DNA of 31,872 nt from NCBI GenBank assembly GCA_052387135.1, contig JBQTJL010000389.1, positions 1 through 31,872 on the forward strand. Reading direction: 5' to 3'. This DNA comes from Methanobacteriota archaeon. GTDB lineage: Archaea > Thermoplasmatota > SW-10-69-26 > JACQPN01 > JBQTJL01. The notes beneath the pieces were generated by a model. It was not told the DNA's origin and did not search any database. It was given only the letters and a program-made list of their open reading frames with translations. A program made the translations under genes and the position numbers. Below are positions 23,418 to 31,499 of this stretch, one piece after another (positions within the stretch are counted from its first letter, which is position 1; each line of letters opens with the position of its first letter).

Positions 23418-23846
23418 GTGTTCCGTGAAGTAAGTTCGATCGTGGTCCGTGCGTCCAAAGAGCGGGTGCACGCGCTCCTTATGGACCCCCAGAACCTCCC
23501 CAAGATCCACCCGTGGGAGACCGCGGTCGAGTCGGTCGAAGGCGGAAGCGGCCACTGGACGATCGGGGTCGCCGGCGCGCGGTACCTTCAGCCGCGCCGG
23601 GCCGTGGTCGAGCTCAAAGACCGCGGCGACGAGGTCCTGCTCCAGACGGTGAACGACCCTTCGGGGCGCGAGGAGGAGCGGTTCCTCCTTCGCGAGACGC
23701 CCGATGGGACCCGCCTCATCCTCACGCGCCACGAAGAGCCCTCCGGGATCCTCGGCACGATGACCGAGGCGTTCCTCTGGGTGCGGCCGCACCTTACGGT
23801 CGACTCGGAGCTCCGCAAGATCAAAGAGATGGCGGAGCGGCCGTAG
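23418..23846 (+). CDS. SRPBCC/START-fold (polyketide cyclase/CoxG-like) protein
   Basis: SIVVRASKERVHALLMDPQNLPKIHPW and the C-terminal helix VDSELRKIKEMAE. GTG 23418 has GAGGT about 10 nt upstream (142 aa). Confidence 0.8.
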   Translation: MFREVSSIVVRASKERVHALLMDPQNLPKIHPWETAVESVEGGSGHWTIGVAGARYLQPRRAVVELKDRGDEVLLQTVNDPSGREEERFLLRETPDGTRLILTRHEEPSGILGTMTEAFLWVRPHLTVDSELRKIKEMAERP

Positions 23847-23856
23847 GCGCGGCGTG

Positions 23857-24088
23857 TGCAGGCCGCGTGCGATCGTTCCTGTTCATGCAGGCAGCGTGCC
23901 ACCACTCCTGTTCATGCAGGCAGCGTGCGAGCACTCCTGTTCGTGCAGGCAGCGATGCAGTGGCTCCTGTACGTTGCATGGGAGCGTCCGGCGGCCGGCG
24001 ATGCACAGGAGCTGAGCCCGCTCCCGGCAACACACAGGAACTGAGCCCGCTCCCGGCAACGCACAGGAGAAGAGCCCGCGGCCGTGCA
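23857..24088. repeat. 232-bp composite inverted element: two opposing arrays of 29-bp repeats with imperfect terminal inverted repeats (MITE/BIME-like)
   Basis: Left units tcctgttcatgcaggcagcgtgc-N6 at 23877, 23906 and 23935 (partial copies at 23856 and 23965). Right units (g/a)cacagga(g/a)ctgagcccgctcccggcaac at 24003 and 24032, partial at 24061. Ends tgcaggccgcg / cgcggccgtgca. Confidence 0.85.
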
Positions 24089-24091
24089 GCG

Positions 24092-24532
24092 TCAACGGAC
24101 GATCGTCACGGTCCGATCCGCGTACCGCATCACCTTTTCCGCGACGGAGCCGATGAAGAACGGCTGCTTCTTCTCGTAGGACTTGAACCCGAGCACGATC
24201 TCGTCGCAGGCCTTCTCTTTCGCCGCGGCGAGGATCTCGTCCGCGGGGTCGCCCTGCCGGATGACGACGCTCGTATGCTCCGGCATCTTCGCCGAAAGGT
24301 CCGCGATCGCGTCCTCGATCGAGCGCTTCGCGTTCTCCTTGAACGAGCCCCCCTTCGCGACGCGTGAGAGGTCGATCCCCGGAAGCAGCATCTCCATGAA
24401 CTTCTTGTCCGCAAGCTGCGAGGGCACCACGTTCACGACGACGATCTCGGACGCCGAGCGGGCGGTCGCCGCGTACTCGAGCGCCTTCCGCGAGGCATCT
24501 GATCCGTCGAACCCGACGAGGATCCGCGCCAT
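24092..24532 (-). CDS. uspA: Universal stress protein
   Basis: RILVGFDGSDAS, GDPADEIL, IVLG, IGSVAEKVMRYA-VTIVR. Confidence 0.93.
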   Translation of the reverse strand: MARILVGFDGSDASRKALEYAATARSASEIVVVNVVPSQLADKKFMEMLLPGIDLSRVAKGGSFKENAKRSIEDAIADLSAKMPEHTSVVIRQGDPADEILAAAKEKACDEIVLGFKSYEKKQPFFIGSVAEKVMRYADRTVTIVR

Positions 24533-24577
24533 GCGGAGGAATGCGGCTATGGATATTTGTATGAACCGACCGTGCGC

Positions 24578-25804
24578 TCACCGGTTCCGGCGCCCGAGGA
24601 GGAGCCCTGCGAGTCCGACCGCCGCAAGGAGGAGCGCGACCGGCGGAAGCGGCGTCCCGGAGCCGGAGTCGCCCGAGCGTTCCGCGCCCGTGACCGTGAA
24701 CCGCCCCTCTTTCATCGGCGTGCGGAAGCCCTCGAAGGAGACGTACCCCTTGAACGTGTGCTCGCCGGGCTTCTCCGGCGAAAAGAACGCATCGAGCGTG
24801 ACGGTCTCGCCGGCGGGCACCCGGAGGGGCTCGCTCGATTCGACCGCGACGCGGCGGCCGGCGAGGAAGACGCCGACCGTGAACTTCGCGTCCCGGATCT
24901 CGACCGGGCCCGTGTTCGCGAACTCGCCGGAGAGCGCCACGACCTCGCCGACGACGCCCGCCGGGTCGGCGAAGAGCTTCTTCAACGAACCTTGGACGCG
25001 CGCGGTCGCGCCTTCGGTCGACGCGCCTTCGGCAAGGACGCGGAACGAGAGGGGGAACGGCTCGGAGCCCGTCGCGGCGTTCGCGAGGGTCGCCGTCGCC
25101 TCGTAGAGGCCGGCGGGGAGCCCGCGGGAGGCGCGGAGAGTCTGGGTCTCGCGCGCGCCGGGGAGGACCGGCGTGCCCTGCAGGTCCTCGCGGAGGACCT
25201 CGGCCCCGTCGGCGTCCTTCACGACGAGCGCAAGGGTCGGCGCCGCGCGGACGTTGCCGCGGTTCGCGAAGTCGCCGGCGACCGCGATCGGCGCGCCGCT
25301 TGCCGCGTCCGCGATCTTCAGGTTCGCGGCCGCGAAGCGAAGGACCTGCTCGCCCGCGACGAGGATGCGGACCGCCGGCGCCACCTCGACGTTCAACGCG
25401 GCGCCCGAGCCGGCCGGTTCGCCCGTGCCGGTCGCACGGATCCGGATCGTGCCGCGGTGCTCGCCGTTCGGGGCGTCCGCGGGGACGGCGACGTTCACGG
25501 TGAGCGTGCGGGTCCCGTCCGCCGGGATCTCGAACGTGCCCGCAGGCTCGAACGAGAGCCATGGGGCGACGGTGCCTTCGGGCGTCACGTCGACCGCGGT
25601 CGGGCTGTGGAAGCCGTTCTGGATCCGGAGCGTCGCGCGGAACGCGCCGCCGCGGACGAGCGGCGGGTCCGTGAGGGAGACCGTGACCGGCGTCACGCCG
25701 AACGACTCGGGGGGGCCGTCGGTCGCCTGCGACGTCGCGAAGGGCACGAAGAGGGAGAGGACGAGCGAGGCAAGGAGGACGGCCGGGGCCGCGCGCGGCT
25801 TCAT
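24578..25804 (-). CDS. Secreted multi-Ig-domain protein with C-terminal TM anchor, DUF916/DUF3324-like (WxL-interacting or pilin-chaperone-like)
   Basis: Signal peptide; FGVTP start of the mature domain; GAALNVEV; FANRGNVRAAP; VLPGARE; GLYEA; third beta domain FANTGPV; C-terminal TPLPP-TM-RR sorting-like signal. ATG 25804 overlaps the upstream stop. Confidence 0.75.
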   Translation of the reverse strand: MKPRAAPAVLLASLVLSLFVPFATSQATDGPPESFGVTPVTVSLTDPPLVRGGAFRATLRIQNGFHSPTAVDVTPEGTVAPWLSFEPAGTFEIPADGTRTLTVNVAVPADAPNGEHRGTIRIRATGTGEPAGSGAALNVEVAPAVRILVAGEQVLRFAAANLKIADAASGAPIAVAGDFANRGNVRAAPTLALVVKDADGAEVLREDLQGTPVLPGARETQTLRASRGLPAGLYEATATLANAATGSEPFPLSFRVLAEGASTEGATARVQGSLKKLFADPAGVVGEVVALSGEFANTGPVEIRDAKFTVGVFLAGRRVAVESSEPLRVPAGETVTLDAFFSPEKPGEHTFKGYVSFEGFRTPMKEGRFTVTGAERSGDSGSGTPLPPVALLLAAVGLAGLLLGRRNR

Positions 25805-26685
25805 GAGGAGGCCTCCGCGGCGGCGCCGATCGTGAGTCGGCCGCGATACGTGGCGGCCGGGATGAACTGCTCCTCGCCGGTCGGCATGTGGATGTCGAAG
25901 TAGGCGTTCTTCTCCGCCGTCGCCCCCGGTGCCAAATTGAAGTTCGCGTCGGAGACCGGCGGAGACGTCGCGAGCCCGCGCTCGCCGGCCATGTCGGCGA
26001 CGCTTGCGTAGCGGATGCGGGACGCCGAGATTGTGGCGTCGCCCTCGGGGTTCGTAAGGTCGGTCGCGGAAAGCGCGAGGTCGACGACGACGTTCCCCGT
26101 GTTCCGGATCGCGACCGTGCTCGGGGCGGCGTGGGTCGACGCGCCGGGCCCGATCGCGCCGCTTCCGAACGAGACGCTCGAGGACCCGAGCGAGATCGCA
26201 AGGAGCTCTTCGTAGTGGAAGGTCGCCTCGATGGTGCGGAGGTCGTTCGCGCGGTCCTTCACGGAGAGCCGGACCTTGTAGGCGCCCGGCGGGTCGTAGT
26301 AGTTCATCGTGAAGCTCGCCTCGAACTCCTTCTTCTTCCCCCGCGGTTCGCCCTTCGTGGGGGCCGTGACCGGCTCTCCCAGCGGGTTCCCCTGCGGGTC
26401 GAGGAGCTGGATCTCGGCCTGCGCAAGGTCCCGCCAGCCGTTTCCGTCTTCGGCCGAGGCTACGACCGGGACCGTGACCGTGGTACCGGCACGGGGCGCG
26501 ACCTCGATCCGTTCCGGCGTGTTCGGGTCGGCATCGGCGGCGGAGAGGTCGATCGCGAGGGCGGACGGCGGGTCGTTCCCGACCTGCGCCTGGCTGTCGA
26601 CCTGCGAGCCCCAGCCGGACCCCGAGGCGACGAGGAGGGACGCAACGAGCACGGAAAGGAGGACGGGCGCGCGGGCTTCCATCAT
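25801..26685 (-). CDS. Secreted two-domain (A+B) beta-sandwich protein, candidate major fibre/surface subunit
   Basis: Signal peptide. Domain A: VGNDPP, DGNGWRD, VKDRA. Domain B: VSFG, IRNTGNV, PAATYRGRLTI. ATGA overlaps at both ends; no TM anchor. Confidence 0.78.
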   Translation of the reverse strand: MMEARAPVLLSVLVASLLVASGSGWGSQVDSQAQVGNDPPSALAIDLSAADADPNTPERIEVAPRAGTTVTVPVVASAEDGNGWRDLAQAEIQLLDPQGNPLGEPVTAPTKGEPRGKKKEFEASFTMNYYDPPGAYKVRLSVKDRANDLRTIEATFHYEELLAISLGSSSVSFGSGAIGPGASTHAAPSTVAIRNTGNVVVDLALSATDLTNPEGDATISASRIRYASVADMAGERGLATSPPVSDANFNLAPGATAEKNAYFDIHMPTGEEQFIPAATYRGRLTIGAAAEASS

Positions 26686-27188
26686 GCGACCCCCCGGGCG
26701 GTGACCTCGATCGCGCCGGTGTAGGCTCCGGCCGGGACGTCGGAGTCCTCACCGGAGGGCGCGTCGAGGATGACAAGGAGCACGGTCTCGGAACCGGGGC
26801 CGAGGGTCACGCCCCGGAGGTTCGTCCCGGCCTCGGCAAGCGGCAGCCCCGAGTCGCCCTCCGCGAGGACGACACGGATCGCCGCCGCGGGGATCGAGGC
26901 GCCGTCCGGCCCGGACAGGCCGGGCGTTGCGAGCGCGAGCCGGAGCGGGACGGAACCGGTGTTTGCGAGCGTGAGGCGGACGGGCTCGGACGAGGTCCCC
27001 GGAAGGACGGTCCCGAAATCCACGGCGCCGGGCGCGACCGAGAGCGCCGCGGGTCCTGCGACGGCGGCGATGCCCTCCGCCTGGTCGGCCCCGACGGGGA
27101 CGACGAGGACGAGGCCGGGGATCGGGACGGGCGACGCGAGGCCGAGGAGCACGAGCGCGCCGATGATCGCGAAGAGGCGAAGGGTCAT
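26682..27188 (-). CDS. Secreted single-domain (B) beta-sandwich protein, paralogue of the C-terminal half of 25801-26685
   Basis: Signal peptide; VDFG, LANTGSV, VPAGAYTGAIEV. Start ATG 27188 (GTG 27212 possible). Confidence 0.75.
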   Translation of the reverse strand: MTLRLFAIIGALVLLGLASPVPIPGLVLVVPVGADQAEGIAAVAGPAALSVAPGAVDFGTVLPGTSSEPVRLTLANTGSVPLRLALATPGLSGPDGASIPAAAIRVVLAEGDSGLPLAEAGTNLRGVTLGPGSETVLLVILDAPSGEDSDVPAGAYTGAIEVTARGVA

Positions 27189-27233
27189 GAAGGTCCGGCC
27201 TGCCGTGGGCACCGAGTGCCGGACGGACTCTCT

Positions 27234-27316
27234 TTCGCCGGGTTTTTTGAATGTTCGCCTAGGGACTTCGGCCCGTTCGCCCGGTTTTCGACTAGGAACT
27301 CATGGCAAACCTTATG
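27234..27316. promoter_or_regulatory. Divergent promoter region of the surface cluster with repeated motifs
   Basis: ttcgccSggtttt at 27234 and 27276 (42 bp apart); ctaggRact at 27259 and 27292; aaacCTTATG at 27307-27316, about 30 nt before ATG 27346. Confidence 0.45.
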
Positions 27317-27345
27317 GTGGGCCAATCCGTCGAACGGCCGTCGGC

Positions 27346-27858
27346 ATGCGTGGCTTAATGGTTGCGTTAGCGGGCGCCCTTTTCGTCGCGTTCGCGGTCC
27401 CCCCGTCGGTCGGAGGGGACGTCACGACCTCGGTCGCGGTCGCGAACGCGCCGCCCGCGATCGTGGGCACGTCGGTCTCGGTCGCCCCGACGGTCGCGGT
27501 GGTCCGCTTTTCGACCACGGACGGGAACGGGCACCGCGACGTGTCCGAGGCCCGCGTAGTGTGGAAACGCACGCTCGGAGGCGACGCGGAGGCCCTCGCC
27601 GTCCGGACGTCCGGCGCGGGGATCCGGGCCGAGTGGGAGGCCACGGTCCCGCGCGTGCCGCTCGCGGGGCCGTCCGAGGCGAAGATCATGGTGAAGGACC
27701 GCGCCGGCGCCGTGACACACGCCGTCGTCGGGTTCCGGGACCCCACGACCGGGGTCGCGGCCGGACCGTCACCTCCGACGCTCGCGCTCCGTGCGTTCGG
27801 TGGCGCGCTCGCCGCCGTCGCCGACCTCGTGTTCCGGGCGCTTCACCCGTACCGGTAG
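27346..27858 (+). CDS. Secreted single-domain (A) beta-sandwich protein with a C-terminal hydrophobic helix, paralogue of the N-terminal half of 25801-26685
   Basis: Signal peptide; VANAPP, DGNGHRD, VKDRAG; Pro linker then LALRAFGGALAAVADLVF. Start ATG 27346. Its 3' end overlaps fixCX by 16 nt. Confidence 0.75.
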   Translation: MRGLMVALAGALFVAFAVPPSVGGDVTTSVAVANAPPAIVGTSVSVAPTVAVVRFSTTDGNGHRDVSEARVVWKRTLGGDAEALAVRTSGAGIRAEWEATVPRVPLAGPSEAKIMVKDRAGAVTHAVVGFRDPTTGVAAGPSPPTLALRAFGGALAAVADLVFRALHPYR

Positions 27859-29486
27859 CCGACGCCTTTTCCGCCGCGCGGGTGCTCCCACTTCGTCTTC
27901 GCCACGACGGCGCAGGTCCCGCACTCGATACACGGCTGCGTGTCGAGGACCACGAGGTCCTTCGTGGCACCCTCGCGCGTCTTCACGGTCTCGAGCCGGT
28001 AGCAGCCGCGGCTCGACCCGGTGCTCGAGACGGGGCACGTGTGGACGGCCTTGCCGGACGCCGTCGGGGCGTCGTCGAGGAGGAGGATGTGGGCCCGGCC
28101 GATGTCGGTGTCGTACCCCAGTGCCCCGATCCGGTCGTCCAGGGATTTCGGGTGGATCCTGTATCGTGCCTCTCGCCGCTCCCCACAGGCGGCCGCGAGC
28201 ATCGAGGGGAGCTTCACGTAGACGAACTCGGTGTCCGGCGCAAGCTCGGCCATCCGGGCGTTTGCGAACATGCCCTCGACCTGACTTCGGACGAAGCCCA
28301 TCTTGAGGAGCGTGGGACCGAGGAACGCGCCGCCCACGGCGGAGAACGCGCGCACGGCCGTCTTCGCGAACCTGCGGCCGGCGAGCTCGCGGTGGACGTA
28401 CGTCTCCCGGAGGAGCCGCACGTACTCCTCGCCCGCCGCGGCGCCGTCCCCGCGGCCCTTCGCGCGTAGATACGCCTGCGCGGCGAGGATCCCCGAACTG
28501 ATGCCGAGGTTCATCCCCTTGATGACGGGGCCCGCGGCCCACATCTGGCCCGCGGCGTCGCCGCAGACCAGGAGCCGGTCCTTCGCAGGGTGCGTGAGGA
28601 CGGCCTTCTTTCCGTCCGGGATGAGCTTCGCGCTGTACTCGATCTCGTCGTAATCGTCCCGGACGTAGTCGGCGACGACCGGGTGCGTGAGGAGCCGGTC
28701 GAGGAGCCGATGGGGCTCGACCTTCCGGTCCGCGAGCGAGTCCAAGTGGAACACGGTCCCGATCGACAACGTGTCCCGGTTCGTGTACACGAAGCCGCCC
28801 CCCCGGACGCCCTCGAACAGGTCGCCCGCGACGAGGTGCGCCGAGCCTTGGTCCGGCCCGATCCCGAATCGCTCCTCGATCTTTGCGGCGTCGAGCTTCA
28901 CGACCGCCTTCACGCCCTGGAACCACTGTTCCGGCTCGAGCCAGCCGCGAAGGCCGGATTTCCGGGCGAGCTCCGACGTGGCGCCGTCCGCGGCGATCAC
29001 GACGTCGGCGCGGATCGGGTCGAGCTCGTCCGTCTCGACGCCCACGATGCGGCCGTTCTCCAGGAGCGGGCCCCGCACCCGGACCTCGGAGAGGACGCCG
29101 CCGCCGGAGCGGCGGGCCTCGTGGTGGACGCGCTCCGCGAACCACCGGTCGAACTTCGCGCGGAGCACCGCGTAGCTCCATTTCGTGTTGTGCTCGTGCA
29201 CCGGCGTGATGTCCAGCGTGCGGACGCGGTCGCCGTGGACCGCGTGCATCATGTAGCGGGAGATCGGGCGTTCGAGCGGCGCCTCCTTCTGGAACTCCGG
29301 AAGGAGGTAGTCGAGGTTGTACGGCGTGTCCGTCTGGCCGTAGAGGATCCCGCCCGTCACGTTCTTTGCGCCCGGGAACTTGCCCCGCTCGACGACCAGC
29401 GTCTGGACGCCGTTTCGCGCAAGTTCGTAGGCGGCGGCCGAACCCGCGGGGCCCGCGCCGACGACGACCGCTTCGTAGCGCTCCAT
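27843..29486 (-). CDS. fixC: FixC-type ETF:quinone oxidoreductase flavoprotein fused to a FixX-type ferredoxin
   Basis: VVVGAGPAGSAAA, ERGKFPGAKNVTGG, GDAAG, GMNLGISSG. C-terminal FixX motifs CP, CIECGTC, WEHPRGGKGVGYRYG. ATG 29486 overlaps the etfA stop. Confidence 0.9.
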   Translation of the reverse strand: MERYEAVVVGAGPAGSAAAYELARNGVQTLVVERGKFPGAKNVTGGILYGQTDTPYNLDYLLPEFQKEAPLERPISRYMMHAVHGDRVRTLDITPVHEHNTKWSYAVLRAKFDRWFAERVHHEARRSGGGVLSEVRVRGPLLENGRIVGVETDELDPIRADVVIAADGATSELARKSGLRGWLEPEQWFQGVKAVVKLDAAKIEERFGIGPDQGSAHLVAGDLFEGVRGGGFVYTNRDTLSIGTVFHLDSLADRKVEPHRLLDRLLTHPVVADYVRDDYDEIEYSAKLIPDGKKAVLTHPAKDRLLVCGDAAGQMWAAGPVIKGMNLGISSGILAAQAYLRAKGRGDGAAAGEEYVRLLRETYVHRELAGRRFAKTAVRAFSAVGGAFLGPTLLKMGFVRSQVEGMFANARMAELAPDTEFVYVKLPSMLAAACGERREARYRIHPKSLDDRIGALGYDTDIGRAHILLLDDAPTASGKAVHTCPVSSTGSSRGCYRLETVKTREGATKDLVVLDTQPCIECGTCAVVAKTKWEHPRGGKGVGYRYG

Positions 29487-30628
29487 CAGCGCCCACCCCC
29501 AGGGCCCTTCCTTCGTTCGAGCGCCTCGATCAGCCTCGGGAGGAGCTCGAACAGGTCTCCCTTCACGAAGACGTCGGAGAACTCTCGGATCGGCGCGGAG
29601 TCGTCGGTGTTGATCGCGACGATCTTCGCCGACTTGTCCATGCCCTTCTTGTGCTGGATCGCGCCCGAGATCCCGACCGCGACGTAGAGCTTCGGCTTCA
29701 CCATCTGCCCGGTCTCGCCGATCTGGCGCGCCTCGCGCGTGAACTGGTCGACGCCGGCCTCGACGGGGTACTTCGCCGTGACGATGCCGCGGGAGATTCC
29801 GAGGTCGCCGCCGAGCACGTCCGCGAGGCGTTTTGCGAGCTTCAGGCCCTTCGTCGGATCGTCCGCGATGCCGCGGCCGGCCGCGACGACGACGTCGTAG
29901 CCGGTAAGGTCCGCCTCCTTCACGATCTTCTCGCGCTTTCCGATCTTCACCCGAAGGTCGGACGGACCGGGCTCGTACGCGAACGGGACGACGCGCCCGG
30001 TGCGCCGCGGGTCTTCCGGGAGCGGCGCAAACGAGCCGGGGATGATGGAGCAGGCCTGGGGCGACCACTCCTTCTCCATGTCGTCCAAGCAGAGGATCGT
30101 GGACCACTCGAAGCCGGAGAAGTCCGGGCGCTTCATGTGGAGGATCCGCGGGTACTTGCGCGGCTGCCCGCCCGTCTTGATCCGGTTCGTCATCTCGATG
30201 TCCTCGATCGCGAGGTGGTTGCAGTCGGATGCGAGGCCGGACGCAAGCTCGGCCAACACCGTCGCGGAGAGGTCGCGCCCGTTGTTCGTCGCGGGGAACA
30301 GGAAGTACCGCGGCTTGTCGTACGACTTGCCGTTCCCGGTCGAGGTCGCCATCGCCGAGACCGCGCGCGTGTACGGTTCGAGCCGGAAGTGCGCAAGCTC
30401 CGGGTGGTCCGCCGTGTAGACGACGTCCGCGCCGTGCGCGATCGCGGCCGTCGCGAGGCGGTCTCCGTCCTCGCCGAGGATGACCGCGACGACGAGCTCC
30501 TTCTCGTTGTAGTCGCGGTTGTACTTGTCCATGAGTCGGCGCGCCTCGCCGAGCATCTCGAGCGACACCCGCACGAACTCGCCGCCGACGGTCTCGCAGA
30601 AGACCCACATGTCGCGGTAGACGCCCAC
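29486..30628 (-). CDS. etfA: Electron transfer flavoprotein alpha subunit (FixB)
   Basis: MWVFCE, PATNNGRDLS, ASDC, AAGRG, GISRGIV, QIGETGQMVKPKLYVAVGISGAIQHKKGM, AINTDDSAPI. Confidence 0.94.
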   Translation of the reverse strand: MGVYRDMWVFCETVGGEFVRVSLEMLGEARRLMDKYNRDYNEKELVVAVILGEDGDRLATAAIAHGADVVYTADHPELAHFRLEPYTRAVSAMATSTGNGKSYDKPRYFLFPATNNGRDLSATVLAELASGLASDCNHLAIEDIEMTNRIKTGGQPRKYPRILHMKRPDFSGFEWSTILCLDDMEKEWSPQACSIIPGSFAPLPEDPRRTGRVVPFAYEPGPSDLRVKIGKREKIVKEADLTGYDVVVAAGRGIADDPTKGLKLAKRLADVLGGDLGISRGIVTAKYPVEAGVDQFTREARQIGETGQMVKPKLYVAVGISGAIQHKKGMDKSAKIVAINTDDSAPIREFSDVFVKGDLFELLPRLIEALERRKGPGGGR

Positions 30629-30629
30629 G

Positions 30630-31466
30630 CTACGCGCCTCCCGCGGAAAGCAGGATCTCGGCGAGCCGGTCGACGTCCTGCGACGAGCGGCCGTCCAAGA
30701 CCGTCGCGGTGCGTTCCGAGGGCGGCGCCGGGATCGGCTCCACCTTCTTCACGACCGTCGGCGAACCGGGGAGCCCCAACTTCTTGATCTCCGTGGGGAT
30801 GTCCGCGGCGGTCCAGACCTTCAGGGCCTCCTCGTACTTTTCGGCCCGCGCGGCCGATTCGCGGCGAAGGTCGAGCCCCACGAGCCGGTCCCGCGCGCGC
30901 CGGTACGTCGACGTGAAGCCGGGGTCGGTGACGACGAAGCAAGGAAGCGGCGCCTCGATCTCCTCGATCTCGTCGTACGCGACGCGGCGGGCGCGGAGGA
31001 TCTTCCGGTCCGCGTCGAGCTCTTGGTGGATCACGTGCGTCACGATCGGGTACTTGAGCTTCCAGGCGGTCTGGGGGCCGGTCTGGCCGGTCTCGCCGTC
31101 CGCCGTCTTGAAGCCGGCGTAGATCACGTCGGCCTTGCGGATCTTGCGGATCGCGGCGGAGAGGGCCTCCGCGGTCGCGAGGGTGTCCGCGCCCGCGAAC
31201 TTCACGTCCGAAAGGAGGTACAATTCGTCCGCGTAGACCGACATCGCCTCGCGGAGGATCGACTTGTAGTTCGGGGGGCCCATGCAGACGACACGGACCG
31301 TGCCGCCGTGCTTCACCTTCGCCTCGAGGGCCGCTTCGAGGGCGAACCGGTCGTTCGGGTTCATCACGGTCGGGGTGCCGCCGCGGTCCAAGGTGTTGTC
31401 TTCCTTGAACTTGACCTTCCCCTCGCGGAAATCGGGGACGCCCTTCGTGAGGACTATATAATCCAT
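30630..31466 (-). CDS. etfB: Electron transfer flavoprotein beta subunit (FixA)
   Basis: KGVPD, MNPNDRFALE, CMGP, AGADTLATA, DGETGQTGP, GLPGSPTVV. Confidence 0.94.
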   Translation of the reverse strand: MDYIVLTKGVPDFREGKVKFKEDNTLDRGGTPTVMNPNDRFALEAALEAKVKHGGTVRVVCMGPPNYKSILREAMSVYADELYLLSDVKFAGADTLATAEALSAAIRKIRKADVIYAGFKTADGETGQTGPQTAWKLKYPIVTHVIHQELDADRKILRARRVAYDEIEEIEAPLPCFVVTDPGFTSTYRRARDRLVGLDLRRESAARAEKYEEALKVWTAADIPTEIKKLGLPGSPTVVKKVEPIPAPPSERTATVLDGRSSQDVDRLAEILLSAGGA

Positions 31467-31499
31467 GGACCAGGCCCAATCGGCGGAAAACGATGGTCT

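Noticed and set aside
23856-24044. Small Cys-rich ORFs across the 29-bp repeats (23856-24044, 23821-24033)
   Set aside because: They are translations of a non-triplet repeat, with no start signals.
23857-24088. CRISPR array
   Set aside because: The period is 29 bp with only about 6-7 variable nt, there are no unique 30-40 nt spacers, the arrays face each other, and no cas genes are nearby.
25801-27188. Literal WxL-domain or type IV pilin assignment
   Set aside because: There is no terminal W-x-L motif and no class III signal (K/R-G followed by a hydrophobic stretch), so the WxL comparison is architectural only.
12339-31479. Other long overlapping ORFs (for example 12339-13193, 15294-17693, 15962-18127, 23883-26201, 24557-25903, 27769-29496, 29366-30787, 30190-31479)
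   Set aside because: Arg/Pro/Gly-rich off-frame or antisense translations of recognised genes, with no independent motifs.
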